Below, piece by piece: positions 53,422 to 63,241 of a stretch of 64,000 nt of DNA. Each line of letters begins with the position of its first letter. Positions within the stretch are counted from its first letter, which is position 1. The position numbers and the translations under genes are program-made. The notes under the pieces were generated by a model, which was not told where the DNA came from, searched no databases, and saw only the letters and a program-made list of their open reading frames with translations. The stretch lies in the IMG/VR virus record IMGVR_UViG_3300042402_003952. One strand, given 5' to 3'. This DNA comes from a virus. Taxonomy: Duplodnaviria > Caudoviricetes.

Positions 53422-53973
53422 ATGGCTCATAGACCAGTTGGAGCTGGAGCATCGTTTGCATTTACTGCAGGAGCTGCATCCACATCATCCACATTTTCAG
53501 TTCAATCAAGTGTTTTGAGAGTTGTCGCTGTTACTGCAGGTGCTCATATTGCAGTAGGATCAACTCCTTCTGCAACTAATGCTGATTATTATGTTCCTGC
53601 AGGTGGAACAGCAACTCTTGCTCTGACTAAAGCATCTAATCGTGTAGTTGGTGTAACAACAGGAACTACTACAATCGTAACTGTTCCAGAAGGAACACAA
53701 GTTCCATTTGGTGTTGGTGATTATGTCAGCTTAAGTGCAACAGGTCAATCATATTATGATTTCACTCATAAAGAAGTTTTGTCAGTGAATACTACGCAAG
53801 GAGTGAATGGATATTATCATACAAGAATGACGGTTGCACATAATTCAAGTGGTATTTCAACTGCATTTGGACCATCAGATGCATCAGTAACAGCATCAAA
53901 TAAAGTTTCTGCCTATGGTGCTGGCGCAGGAACTCTCTATTACCAACAAGTACAAATCACGGGAGACGCCTGA
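53422..53973 (+). CDS. conserved hypothetical virion protein (183 aa) upstream of gp21
   Basis: ORF track; late promoter; overlaps the gp21 start. Confidence 0.8.
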   Translation: MAHRPVGAGASFAFTAGAASTSSTFSVQSSVLRVVAVTAGAHIAVGSTPSATNADYYVPAGGTATLALTKASNRVVGVTTGTTTIVTVPEGTQVPFGVGDYVSLSATGQSYYDFTHKEVLSVNTTQGVNGYYHTRMTVAHNSSGISTAFGPSDASVTASNKVSAYGAGAGTLYYQQVQITGDA

Positions 53974-54620
53974 TGAAACTCATTACGGAAGAAATCGAAA
54001 AGGTAGAAGTTCTTAAAGAAGGAACTGGAAAAAATCAAAAACTTTATATTAAAGGTCCATTCCTACAAGCAGAATGCGTAAATCGCAATGGACGTATGTA
54101 TCCCATGTCCATTATGGAAAGAGAAGTGCAGCGTTATACCGAACAGTACGTTCAAAAAGGACGTGCTTTAGGTGAACTTGGACACCCAGATGGTCCAACC
54201 GTAAACCTTGATAGAGTTTCTCACAAGATTGTTGAACTATGTCGTGAAGGTAACAATTTCATCGGCAAAGCACAAATTCTTTCAACTCCTATGGGTAAGA
54301 TTGCAGAATCTCTACTCAAAGATGGAGTATGTCTTGGCGTTTCTTCTCGTGGTATTGGATCACTAAGAGAAAACAGCAAAGGATACAAAGAAGTCGGCGA
54401 AGATTTTATGCTCGCAACTGCTGCTGATATTGTAGCAGATCCTTCTGCACCTGATGCTTTTGTTCAGGGAATCATGGAAGGTGTTGAATGGATATGGAAT
54501 AATGGAGTTCTAGAGCAAAAAGTTGCTAACTTTGAGAAAAAAATCAATATATATGTAGACAAAGGTATTCTAGAACAATATAAACTGAGTCTATTCAATG
54601 AGTTTTTAAACTCATTGTAA
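53973..54620 (+). CDS. gp21: prohead protease gp21
   Basis: NRNGRMYP, ALGELGHPDGP, LGVSSRGIGS, DIVADPSAPDAFV. Confidence 0.97.
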   Translation: MKLITEEIEKVEVLKEGTGKNQKLYIKGPFLQAECVNRNGRMYPMSIMEREVQRYTEQYVQKGRALGELGHPDGPTVNLDRVSHKIVELCREGNNFIGKAQILSTPMGKIAESLLKDGVCLGVSSRGIGSLRENSKGYKEVGEDFMLATAADIVADPSAPDAFVQGIMEGVEWIWNNGVLEQKVANFEKKINIYVDKGILEQYKLSLFNEFLNSL

Positions 54621-54630
54621 TTTATTAAAT

Positions 54631-54638
54631 TATAAATA
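54631..54638 (+). promoter_or_regulatory. T4-type late promoter TATAAATA
   Basis: Exact consensus upstream of gp22. Confidence 0.8.
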
Positions 54639-54676
54639 AATATAGTTTATAACGTAAGGTTAAACGGAGAGTTCAA

Positions 54677-55828
54677 ATGTCTCGTGGAGATTTACAAGAA
54701 ATGGAAGTAGGCACAAAGCAATCCAGAACCGCTGTTAATGCTAATGCAAAAGCAGCGGATGCAATGCCACATCTTTCTGGCGCAACGCCAGGACAAACTG
54801 GAGGATGGGAAGATCTTGGAGGACCAGATCCTTCCAATTATCGTCCAGATGATGATTCGGCAAGGCTGAAAACCCCAGGCGCAACTCTTAAGCAAGTTAA
54901 GGATGTTGTGAATAAGAGTGCTAAGCCAGCTGAAGCAATGAAAGGTGTAAAAGAAGAAGAAGAACTCGAAGATGAAGACCTCATCGAGGAAGAGAATGAA
55001 GAATATGATGAAGAAGAGATTGTAGAAGCAAAGCACAAAAATGATGATGAAGAAGATGATGAAGATGATGAAGAAGATGAAGATGAAGAAGAAGTAGAGG
55101 AAGAGTTTGACATCGATGAAGATGTAAATGCTCTTCTTGAAGGCGAAAATCTTTCCGAAGAGTTTCAAGATAAGGCACGTACCATCTTCGAAGCTGCTCT
55201 TCGCTCTAAAGTTTTTCAGATTCAAGAAAAAATTGAAGAGCAGTATGCAGTTGCTCTCGCAGAGGAAGTTGAAGAAATTAAGACTGAACTTGCAGAGCGC
55301 GTAGACTCTTATTTAGAGTATGTTGCTGATGAGTGGTTTAATGAAAACTCACTCGTAATCGAAAATGGTCTTAAGACCGAGATGACCGAATCATTCCTCC
55401 AAGGAATGAAGGGTCTTTTTGAAGAACATTATGTAACAATCCCTGAAGATAAATATGATGTGCTTGAGAGCATGGTAGAAAAACTTGATGATATGGAGAC
55501 AAAACTCAACGAGCAAATTGAGAAAAACGTTTTCCTAAACAAGCGTCTCGCAGAGTCGGTTGCTGATGGAATCTTTGAACAGGTCGCTGATGGTCTTGCA
55601 GACACTCAGAAAGACAAGCTCGCTTCACTTGCCGAAAGTGTTGAGTTTGAAAGTGAAATAGAATATCGTGAAAAACTGGAGACATTGAAGGAATCATATT
55701 TTCCTTCAAGAGTAGTTTCTCCATTGGCTAAAACTGAAACTCTATCGGAAAGCACCGAAATGACACCAGAACATGTTTCTGATTCAATGGCTGCTTATCT
55801 GAAGACTCTTTCAGCATTCAGCAAATAA
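54677..55828 (+). CDS. gp22: prohead core scaffold protein gp22
   Basis: Between gp21 and gp23; acidic; LSEEFQDKARTIFEAA, YLEYVADEW, KLETLKESYF. Confidence 0.93.
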   Translation: MSRGDLQEMEVGTKQSRTAVNANAKAADAMPHLSGATPGQTGGWEDLGGPDPSNYRPDDDSARLKTPGATLKQVKDVVNKSAKPAEAMKGVKEEEELEDEDLIEEENEEYDEEEIVEAKHKNDDEEDDEDDEEDEDEEEVEEEFDIDEDVNALLEGENLSEEFQDKARTIFEAALRSKVFQIQEKIEEQYAVALAEEVEEIKTELAERVDSYLEYVADEWFNENSLVIENGLKTEMTESFLQGMKGLFEEHYVTIPEDKYDVLESMVEKLDDMETKLNEQIEKNVFLNKRLAESVADGIFEQVADGLADTQKDKLASLAESVEFESEIEYREKLETLKESYFPSRVVSPLAKTETLSESTEMTPEHVSDSMAAYLKTLSAFSK

Positions 55829-55884
55829 TTGAATTTAATATAATTCAAACACAAAAACGCACTTTAGTAAAAGGTAAAAAGCAA

Positions 55885-57321
55885 ATGTTCCATTCCGAGC
55901 ATCTGCAGGAAAAGTGGGCACCTCTCCTCAACTATGAGGGTCTTGATCCAATCAAAGATTCGCATCGTAAGGCTGTAACCGCTGTCCTGCTAGAAAACCA
56001 AGAAAGATTTTTAAGAGAAGAGCAGTCATTCCAAGCTGGAAATCTATCCAACTTAATGGAATCACCAACCATGTCAGCTAACGCTGCTGGTGCTGGTGGT
56101 GGTTTCGGTGGTGGTGCTGGTCTTGCTGCTGGTCCTAACGCTGGTTTCGATCCCGTTCTGATCTCACTGATCAGACGTTCAATGCCTAACCTGGTCGCTT
56201 ATGACCTCGCTGGCGTTCAACCAATGAGTGGTCCTACTGGACTCATCTTTGCAATGCGTTCTCAGTACTACAAAGAAGGCGCAAGAAGTGAAGCCTTCTA
56301 TAATGAAGCTGATAGTGCATTCTCTGGTCAGGATTATGGATTTGACGAATCTGCTGGATTTACCGATGCCAACGTTGGTATGGGTACTACCACTCAATCG
56401 GGTAGCAATCCAAGCGTATTAAACCCAGTTGGAACTGGTTCATCACTTGGATATAATGTAGGCCAAGGAATGGTCACCGGTGATGCAGAGAACCTTGACG
56501 GTTCTGCGAATGATGCATTCAACCAGATGGCTTTCTCGATCGAGAAAGTTACTGTTACTGCAAAGTCACGCGCACTGAAGGCTGAGTACTCACTTGAGCT
56601 TGCTCAAGACCTTAAGGCAATCCATGGTCTGAATGCTGAAGCGGAACTCGCAAACATTCTCTCAACTGAGATTCTTGCCGAGATCAACCGCGAAGTTATC
56701 AGAACCATCTATAAGGTTGCTGAGCAAGGTGCTGTACAAAACGTTGCAACTCCTGGTATTTTCGACCTAGACATCGACTCCAATGGTCGTTGGTCTGTTG
56801 AGAAGTTCAAGGGTCTTCTGTTCCAGATTGAGCGTGATGCTAACGCAATCGCTCAGAGAACTCGTCGTGGAAAGGGCAACATCATCATGTGCTCTGCTGA
56901 CGTTGCTTCAGCACTGACCATGGCTGGTGTTCTCGATTACACCCCAGCACTCAACGCTAACCTGAACGTTGATGATACTGGCAATACTTTTGCTGGTACT
57001 CTGATGGGCAAATTCCGCGTCTACATCGACCCATATTCTGCTAACCTAACTTCCGCAAACGGAACTCCAGGCAACCAGTACTATGTTGTTGGTTATAAGG
57101 GTTCTTCACCTTATGACGCTGGACTCTTCTATTGTCCTTATGTTCCTCTCCAAATGGTTCGTGCCGTTGGTGAGAACTCCTTCCAGCCTAAGATTGGCTT
57201 TAAGACCCGTTATGGTCTTGTTGCTAACCCATTTGCAGAAGGAACCAATCAGGGTCTTGGCCGTCTTCAGACCAACCAGAACCGTTATTACAGACGTGTT
57301 GCTGTGAAAAATCTCATGTGA
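55885..57321 (+). CDS. gp23: major capsid protein gp23
   Basis: LQEKWAPLL, LIRRSMPNL, GVQPMSGPTGLIFAMR, SRALKAEYSLELAQDLKAIHGL, FQPKIGFKTRYG. Confidence 0.99.
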   Translation: MFHSEHLQEKWAPLLNYEGLDPIKDSHRKAVTAVLLENQERFLREEQSFQAGNLSNLMESPTMSANAAGAGGGFGGGAGLAAGPNAGFDPVLISLIRRSMPNLVAYDLAGVQPMSGPTGLIFAMRSQYYKEGARSEAFYNEADSAFSGQDYGFDESAGFTDANVGMGTTTQSGSNPSVLNPVGTGSSLGYNVGQGMVTGDAENLDGSANDAFNQMAFSIEKVTVTAKSRALKAEYSLELAQDLKAIHGLNAEAELANILSTEILAEINREVIRTIYKVAEQGAVQNVATPGIFDLDIDSNGRWSVEKFKGLLFQIERDANAIAQRTRRGKGNIIMCSADVASALTMAGVLDYTPALNANLNVDDTGNTFAGTLMGKFRVYIDPYSANLTSANGTPGNQYYVVGYKGSSPYDAGLFYCPYVPLQMVRAVGENSFQPKIGFKTRYGLVANPFAEGTNQGLGRLQTNQNRYYRRVAVKNLM

Positions 57322-57342
57322 TTTAAATTCACAGAGTTATTC

Positions 57343-57371
57343 AGAGGATCCTTCGGGATCCTCTTTTTTTA
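57343..57371 (+). terminator. intrinsic terminator with cUUCGg tetraloop after gp23
   Basis: AGAGGATCC-TTCG-GGATCCTCT then T-run. Confidence 0.95.
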
Positions 57372-57388
57372 TCTAAATAATTAAAAAA

Positions 57389-57949
57389 ATGGCAACGAAC
57401 ATTTTTAAAAACCAGATAAAAAATAGAAACTTTTTATCTCCAGTTGGGTTTAAATTTATCTTAAATAGGGCACCAAAAACTGCTTTTTTTAGTAATTCGG
57501 CAAATATACCAGGATTAACTTTAGGTATTGCAAATCAACCAACATATCTAAGAGATATTCCTCAACCTGGGGAAAAAATAGATTTCGAAGATTTTACTCT
57601 TCGATTTTTAGTTGATGAAGATTTAGAAAACTACAATGAAATTTCCAATTGGATTCGCGGTCTTGGATTTCCAGAATCATTAGAAGAAATTTACAATTTA
57701 CAAGCATCAAATCCAAATTTAGATCAACCGACAAAAGGACAGTTAAATTTGTATTCTGATGGAACATTAAATGTTCTTACAAGCAGCCAAAATACAAACT
57801 TTAAAATTAAATTTAAAGATTTATTTCCGTACAATTTGACAACGTTACAATTTGATGCTACAGACACTGATATTCAATACTTTACAGCAGAGGTATCTTT
57901 CAAGTATACTATGTTCAATATAACTGATTTAAATGGTGATCCTTTATGA
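57389..57949 (+). CDS. gp3: tail completion protein gp3
   Basis: NRNFLSPVGFKF, F.VDEDLENY.EI.NW, LFPYNLTTLQFD; follows gp23 as in cyanomyoviruses. Confidence 0.88.
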   Translation: MATNIFKNQIKNRNFLSPVGFKFILNRAPKTAFFSNSANIPGLTLGIANQPTYLRDIPQPGEKIDFEDFTLRFLVDEDLENYNEISNWIRGLGFPESLEEIYNLQASNPNLDQPTKGQLNLYSDGTLNVLTSSQNTNFKIKFKDLFPYNLTTLQFDATDTDIQYFTAEVSFKYTMFNITDLNGDPL

Positions 57950-58383
57950 GTTTTGATCTTGATACCATTCAAAAAATGTGGGAACAAGATTCTAAGATGG
58001 ACATTGATAATCTTCATACAGAATCTTTAAATATTCCCATTCTTCATGCAAAATATTTTGAACTTTATAATACTATATTTCTCTTAAGAAAAAAGGCGGA
58101 ACAACAAAAAAGAAATATCAGACACGAAAGATATGAATATTATTCGGGTAAAGCAGATCCAGAAATATATGTAGATAATCCCTTTCCAAAGAAAATTCGT
58201 GATAAAGATACGATGCAAAAATATCTTGATGCGGATGAGAAATTATCTACAGTGTGTCTAAAGATAGATTATTATGATACTATGTTGGTTTATATTGAAA
58301 GCATTCTCAAAATGATTCAGAATAGGACATATCAAATTAAAAATTCAATTGAGTTTGTTCGTTTTCAGTCTGGACTAGGGTAA
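57946..58383 (+). CDS. uvsY: recombination mediator UvsY
   Basis: LHTESLNIPILHAKY, YYSGKADPE, RTYQIKNSIEF; precedes uvsW. Confidence 0.92.
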   Translation: MSFDLDTIQKMWEQDSKMDIDNLHTESLNIPILHAKYFELYNTIFLLRKKAEQQKRNIRHERYEYYSGKADPEIYVDNPFPKKIRDKDTMQKYLDADEKLSTVCLKIDYYDTMLVYIESILKMIQNRTYQIKNSIEFVRFQSGLG

Positions 58384-58410
58384 ATAAATACTCATAGCAA
58401 TCATAATGCT

Positions 58411-59877
58411 ATGAGTGACGTAATTATTGAAAAGAAAAATGAAGTTTTCCTAAAACTTCAATGCGAACCACATATTCTACATGAACTTCAACCATATTTT
58501 ACTTTTGAAGTTGAGTCTGCAAAATTCATGTCTCAGTATAGAAGCCGACACTGGGACGGAAAAATCAGACTACTAAGCACTCACACCGGAGAAATTTATG
58601 CCGGATTGCTTGATAAGGTAATTGACAAACTTTCTATACACAACTATCAATATCAGTTCAAAGAAAATAAATTCTATGGACAACCTTTTGAGGTAAATGA
58701 AAATATCTCATATGAAGGTGTCAAGGATTATATGGCATCTATATGTTCTCATTCTCCACGTCAATATCAAATTGAGGGAGTATATGATGCTTTAAGACAC
58801 AACCGAAAACTGCTGATATCACCAACTGCCTCAGGCAAATCTCTGATGATTTATTCAATCGTAAGATATTATGTAGATAAAGGACAAAAAATTCTTTTAG
58901 TTGTTCCGACGACATCGCTAGTAGAGCAGATGTATAAGGATTTTCAGGATTATGGTTGGGATGTTGATTCATATTGTCACAGAATCTATTCTGGTAGAGA
59001 AAAAACAAATGAACATCCGGTTACGATTACTACTTGGCAATCTGTTTATAAATTAGAGCGTTCATTCTTTGAAGATTATAGCGTAATTATAGGAGATGAG
59101 GCTCATTTATTCAAGAGCAAATCTCTTATTGAAATTATGACAAAACTTCATCATGCAAAGTATCGGTTTGGATTTACTGGAACTCTAGATGGAACTCAAA
59201 CCCACAAATGGGTTCTTGAAGGATTGTTTGGTCCGTCATATAAAGTAACCAAAACTGATGAACTGATGAGACAAGGACATCTTTCGCAATTAGATATTCA
59301 GTGCATTGTTCTCAAACATCCACCGCAAAAATTTGAAAACTATGAAGATGAAATACAATATCTAATATCACACGAACAAAGAAATAAATTTATTACAAAT
59401 CTTTCTTTGGATTTAAAAGGAAACACTTTGGTATTATTTTCTAGAGTAGAGGCACATGGAGCAATACTCTACGAAAAGATAAATACTAATAAGCGAGGTG
59501 ATCGTAAAGTATTTTTCATTCATGGTGGTGTTGATACCGAAGAAAGAGAATTAGTCAGAGAAATTACAGAGAGAGAAAACAATGCAATCATCGTTGCTTC
59601 TTACGGCACTTTTTCTACTGGTATTAACATTAGAAATCTACATAACGTTATCTTTGCTTCCCCTAGTAAATCAAGAATCCGAAATCTCCAATCAATCGGA
59701 AGAGTTTTAAGAAAAGGAAGAAATAAAACTAAAGCGGTTCTTTACGATATTGCTGATGATTGTAGTTATAATTCTAGGAAAAATTATACTTTAAATCACC
59801 TTATTGAAAGAATCAAAATCTATAATGAAGAAAATTTTAACTATGAAATAACCACCATACAACTTAAGAAAAAATGA
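58411..59877 (+). CDS. uvsW: SF2 helicase UvsW
   Basis: SPTASGKS, IGDEAH, GFTGT, QSIGRVLR. Confidence 0.97.
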   Translation: MSDVIIEKKNEVFLKLQCEPHILHELQPYFTFEVESAKFMSQYRSRHWDGKIRLLSTHTGEIYAGLLDKVIDKLSIHNYQYQFKENKFYGQPFEVNENISYEGVKDYMASICSHSPRQYQIEGVYDALRHNRKLLISPTASGKSLMIYSIVRYYVDKGQKILLVVPTTSLVEQMYKDFQDYGWDVDSYCHRIYSGREKTNEHPVTITTWQSVYKLERSFFEDYSVIIGDEAHLFKSKSLIEIMTKLHHAKYRFGFTGTLDGTQTHKWVLEGLFGPSYKVTKTDELMRQGHLSQLDIQCIVLKHPPQKFENYEDEIQYLISHEQRNKFITNLSLDLKGNTLVLFSRVEAHGAILYEKINTNKRGDRKVFFIHGGVDTEERELVREITERENNAIIVASYGTFSTGINIRNLHNVIFASPSKSRIRNLQSIGRVLRKGRNKTKAVLYDIADDCSYNSRKNYTLNHLIERIKIYNEENFNYEITTIQLKKK

Positions 59878-60374
59878 ACTATTACACTTACGCATACCTT
59901 AGAGAAGATGGAACTCCTTATTATATTGGTAAAGGAAAAGATAATCGTATTCATTCAAAATCTAATAGGATTTTTAATCCCCCATCAAAAGAAAGAAGAA
60001 TATTCTTAAAGAAAAATTTAACAGAAGAAGATGCATTTAAACATGAAGTTTACATGATATCAATTCTTGGGAGAAAGGATTTGGAAACTGGAATTCTTCA
60101 CAACAAATCTAATGGTGGAATAGGTGGTGGTGCTATGAAGGGAAAAATTCAAAGTGAAGAAACTAAAATTAAAATCGGTAATGCAAATAGAGGAAGAATT
60201 CACTCAAAAAAATCAAGAGAAAATATGAGTAAATCTCATTTAGGAAAACCTAATCCAAAATCTGGTGCATCCAGGAGAGGCAAACCATTATCAGAAGAAC
60301 ACAGAAAAAATAAAAGTGAAGCAGCAAAGTTATGGTGGAAGAAAAGAAAGGAGGAACAACTAAATGGGAATTGA
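59874..60374 (+). CDS. free-standing GIY-YIG-type homing endonuclease with NUMOD3-like repeats (166 aa)
   Basis: YYTYAY...YYIGKG, R (DNR), E (KHE), N (LHN); QSEETKIKIG, HSKKSRENMS, LSEEHRKN motifs. Confidence 0.88.
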   Translation: MNYYTYAYLREDGTPYYIGKGKDNRIHSKSNRIFNPPSKERRIFLKKNLTEEDAFKHEVYMISILGRKDLETGILHNKSNGGIGGGAMKGKIQSEETKIKIGNANRGRIHSKKSRENMSKSHLGKPNPKSGASRRGKPLSEEHRKNKSEAAKLWWKKRKEEQLNGN

Positions 60375-60762
60375 AGATGATTTTTACTGCACACTTAAAT
60401 TAAAAACAGGTGAAGAGATCTTTGCTAAAGTAGCAGCCTCTGAAGAAGAAGATAGAACTATGTTGATAGTTAGTAATCCAATTATTGTAAGTGAGATTAA
60501 AACAAAATTAGGTGTTGTTGGATATAAATTAGAACCTTGGTTAAAAACTACGACTGATGATATGTTTATTATTAACTTAGAAGATGTCATCACAATGTCT
60601 GAATCTTCTGATGTTGAAATGATAATGATGTATCAAAATTACATACGTCAAGAAAGTAAGAATAATTCAAGTAAACATTCTCAGATCAATCGTAGAATGG
60701 GGTATATTGCTAATGTGAATGATGCTAAAGAGATTTTAGAGAAGCTTTATAAAAATAGCTAA
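60364..60762 (+). CDS. conserved Sm-like fold hypothetical protein (132 aa)
   Basis: TLKLKTGEEIFAKV...LEPWLK..DDMF..VITMSE; usual position between uvsW and gp55. Confidence 0.75.
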   Translation: MGIEDDFYCTLKLKTGEEIFAKVAASEEEDRTMLIVSNPIIVSEIKTKLGVVGYKLEPWLKTTTDDMFIINLEDVITMSESSDVEMIMMYQNYIRQESKNNSSKHSQINRRMGYIANVNDAKEILEKLYKNS

Positions 60763-60791
60763 ATCTAATCTTTTGAACCTCCACAAAGGTA

Positions 60792-60842
60792 ATTGTACAG
60801 GGTTTGAAGCACCTTGTCAAGCATTTTTATAAATGGTATAAT
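60792..60842. promoter_or_regulatory. overlapping divergent sigma70 promoters sharing a TTGTCAA -35 element
   Basis: Plus: TTGTCA(60814)-17-TATAAT(60837) toward gp55; minus: TTGACA(60820-60815)-17-TACAAT(60797-60792), antisense. Confidence 0.75.
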
Positions 60843-60867
60843 CTATACATAATAATGATAAAAACTT

Positions 60868-61365
60868 ATGATAACCACAGCAGTCATGACCAAAAGAAAG
60901 AGGTCAGAGCATTACGTCAACAACAAAGAGTTTCTTGCTGCTCTAATTAAGTACCGCGAAGATAAAGAAATTGCAGAGATTCAAGGAAAACCAAAGCCCC
61001 CCATTCCCCGCTACATTGGAGAGTGTTTCCTGAAGATTGCTAATCACTTATCATTCAAACCAAACTTCGTGAACTATATGTTTAAGGAAGATATGATTTC
61101 TGATGGTATTGAGAATTGCGTTCAATACATTCATAACTTCAATCCAGAGAAGTCACAAAACCCTTTTGCATACTTCACTCAAATCATTCATTACGCTTTC
61201 CTTCGCAGAATCCAAAGAGAGAAGCGTCAATTGGAAATCAAAAACAAAATCCTTGAGCGTTCTGGGTATTCTGAAGTCTTCACTGACGATAACAATGTTG
61301 ACGGCGGGAACTATTCCGATTACAACTCAATTAAAGATGGTGTACATAGTAAGTTGAGATATTAA
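60868..61365 (+). CDS. gp55: late sigma factor gp55
   Basis: HYVNNKEFL, YIGECFLKIA, NFVNYMF, NPFAYFTQII..AFLRRI. Confidence 0.96.
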   Translation: MITTAVMTKRKRSEHYVNNKEFLAALIKYREDKEIAEIQGKPKPPIPRYIGECFLKIANHLSFKPNFVNYMFKEDMISDGIENCVQYIHNFNPEKSQNPFAYFTQIIHYAFLRRIQREKRQLEIKNKILERSGYSEVFTDDNNVDGGNYSDYNSIKDGVHSKLRY

Positions 61366-61382
61366 ACTATAATATTTTATTT

Positions 61383-61390
61383 TATAAATA
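61383..61390 (+). promoter_or_regulatory. late promoter TATAAATA inside the loop of a 13-bp hairpin
   Basis: Arms TTAAACTATAATA (61362-61374) and TATTATAGTTTAA (61397-61409); ATG at 61415. Confidence 0.85.
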
Positions 61391-61414
61391 TTATAGTATT
61401 ATAGTTTAAATCTA

Positions 61415-61924
61415 ATGCACCCAAGACAAATTGCTGCAGAAAAAGGTGAAAAGTTTTATCAAGGCAAACCATGCAAAAAATGCAGAAATACTTTGAGATA
61501 TACTTCTATGACAGGATGTGTTAATTGTACTAAAGAGAATTCAATAAAAAGATTTGAGAATGGTGATGTAAAAGAATGGGTTCAAAAAAATAGGGAAAAA
61601 GTAAATGCTTCTAATAGAAAAAGATATAATTTATTAAGTCTTGAAGAAAAAAGAAAAAGAAATAGAAAGCAACAAATTTCTTTATATGGATTGACAGTTG
61701 AGCAATATGATGATATTCTCATACAACAAAACTGTGTTTGTGCTATATGTGGTAAACCAGAAAAATCCTCCTCAAAGGGAGTTTTGTCTATTGACCACGA
61801 TCACACAACTGGTAAAGTTAGAGGATTGCTCTGTGATACCTGTAATAGTGGATTGGGACACTTTTATGATAGCATTGACTTACTACAAGGTGCTATGCTA
61901 TACTTGAAACAACACTCTGAATGA
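61415..61924 (+). CDS. endonuclease VII-family (His-Me) free-standing endonuclease (169 aa)
   Basis: YGLTVEQYD, CAICGK, LSIDHDHTTGKVRGLLCDTCNSGLGHF. Confidence 0.92.
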   Translation: MHPRQIAAEKGEKFYQGKPCKKCRNTLRYTSMTGCVNCTKENSIKRFENGDVKEWVQKNREKVNASNRKRYNLLSLEEKRKRNRKQQISLYGLTVEQYDDILIQQNCVCAICGKPEKSSSKGVLSIDHDHTTGKVRGLLCDTCNSGLGHFYDSIDLLQGAMLYLKQHSE

Positions 61925-61925
61925 T

Positions 61926-62966
61926 ATGAAAGTCGCAATTATTACAGACCAGCACTTCGGATGTCGTAAGAATTCTAAACTCTTTCATGATTATTTTCTA
62001 AAGTTTTACAATGATGTATTTTTCCCTACACTCGAAGAGCAAGGGATTACTACTGTTGTAGACATGGGAGATACTTTTGATAGTCGTAAAGGTATTGACT
62101 TTTCTGCTCTTTCTTGGGCTAAAAATAATTATTATGACCGTCTCCAAGAAATGGGAGTAAAAGTTCATACAATTGTTGGTAATCATACATCTTACTATAA
62201 GAATACTAATAATGTAAATGCGGTTGACTTGCTTCTGCGTGAATATGATAACGTAACCGTTTATTCTGACCCAACAGAAGTGATGTTGGGTCAACTACCC
62301 GTACTTTTTATACCTTGGATTAATCAAGAAAATGAAGCAAAAACTCTTAAACTTATTGAAAAGACAACTTGCCCGTGCGCGATGGGGCATCTTGAACTCC
62401 AAGGATTTAGAGTTAATAAACAAATCGTCATGGAGCATGGTTTGGAAAGCAAACTATTTGGTAAGTTCTCCAGAGTCTACTCGGGACACTATCACACTAG
62501 ATCGGACAATGGTGTAGTTTATTATCTTGGAAATCCTTATGAGATGTTTTGGGCAGACGTTGGAGATACGAGAGGATTTCATATTTTTGATACTGAAACA
62601 ATAACTCACGAACCAATCAATAATCCTTATAGACTTTTTTATAATATCTATTATGAAGATGAAAATTATCAAACTTTTGATACTAGGGAGTATGAAAATA
62701 AAATTGTAAAAGTAGTTGTTCGCAAAAAATCAGATACTAAAAAGTTTGAAAAATTTATTGATAAACTTTATGCAGATAATGTTGCAGAACTTAAAGTAAT
62801 TGAGAATTTTAATATTCAAGAATCTGAAGATTTTGAAGCATTTGAATCTGAAGATACACTTTCAATCCTGAATAGATATATTGAGGAGGCAGAAGTTAAT
62901 CTTGATAAATCAGTAGTTCAAAAACTACTTCAAGAAGTATATCAAGAGGCATGTGAACTGATTTAA
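61926..62966 (+). CDS. gp47: recombination nuclease gp47 (Mre11/SbcD-like)
   Basis: ITDQHFG, DMGDTFD, VGNH, GHLEL, SGHYH, YLGNPYE. Confidence 0.96.
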   Translation: MKVAIITDQHFGCRKNSKLFHDYFLKFYNDVFFPTLEEQGITTVVDMGDTFDSRKGIDFSALSWAKNNYYDRLQEMGVKVHTIVGNHTSYYKNTNNVNAVDLLLREYDNVTVYSDPTEVMLGQLPVLFIPWINQENEAKTLKLIEKTTCPCAMGHLELQGFRVNKQIVMEHGLESKLFGKFSRVYSGHYHTRSDNGVVYYLGNPYEMFWADVGDTRGFHIFDTETITHEPINNPYRLFYNIYYEDENYQTFDTREYENKIVKVVVRKKSDTKKFEKFIDKLYADNVAELKVIENFNIQESEDFEAFESEDTLSILNRYIEEAEVNLDKSVVQKLLQEVYQEACELI

Positions 62967-63241
62967 TGTTTATTCTAACAATCAATGGTAGAGAAAAGGA
63001 AGGTGCATATTCTGTAATGAACGATGAAGGTGAGCATATCCTTTATTTGTTTCAAGAGGAAGATGATGCTATGAGATATGCCATGATGTTAGAAGAAGAT
63101 GGATACCCAGAAATGCATGTAATTGAAATAGAAGATCATGTAATGATAAAAACTTGTGAACTTCATGATTATCAATACACTATAATAACTCCGGATGATA
63201 TTGTTATTCCTCCAAATAATGTGACTTATGATTATTTTTAA
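62966..63241 (+). CDS. DUF3110-family protein (91 aa)
   Basis: EGAYSV...LYLFQEEDDAMRYAMMLE resembles cyanobacterial DUF3110 (FEEEDDA.RYA.LLE). Confidence 0.7.
   Translation: MFILTINGREKEGAYSVMNDEGEHILYLFQEEDDAMRYAMMLEEDGYPEMHVIEIEDHVMIKTCELHDYQYTIITPDDIVIPPNNVTYDYF

Noticed and set aside
54692-55225. Minus-strand ORFs with poly-Ser, poly-Phe/Ile or His-Leu repeats opposite gp22
   Set aside because: Simple reverse complement of the GAA/GAT acidic tract of the scaffold protein
57321-57389. Absence of gp24 after gp23 and of gp9-gp12 after gp8
   Set aside because: Matches the usual gene layout of T4-like cyanophages, so not unusual
44964-62966. Introns or inteins in gp17, gp20, gp23, uvsW or gp47, and stop-codon recoding
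   Set aside because: All are continuous ORFs of normal length in the standard code; no intein or splice signatures seen
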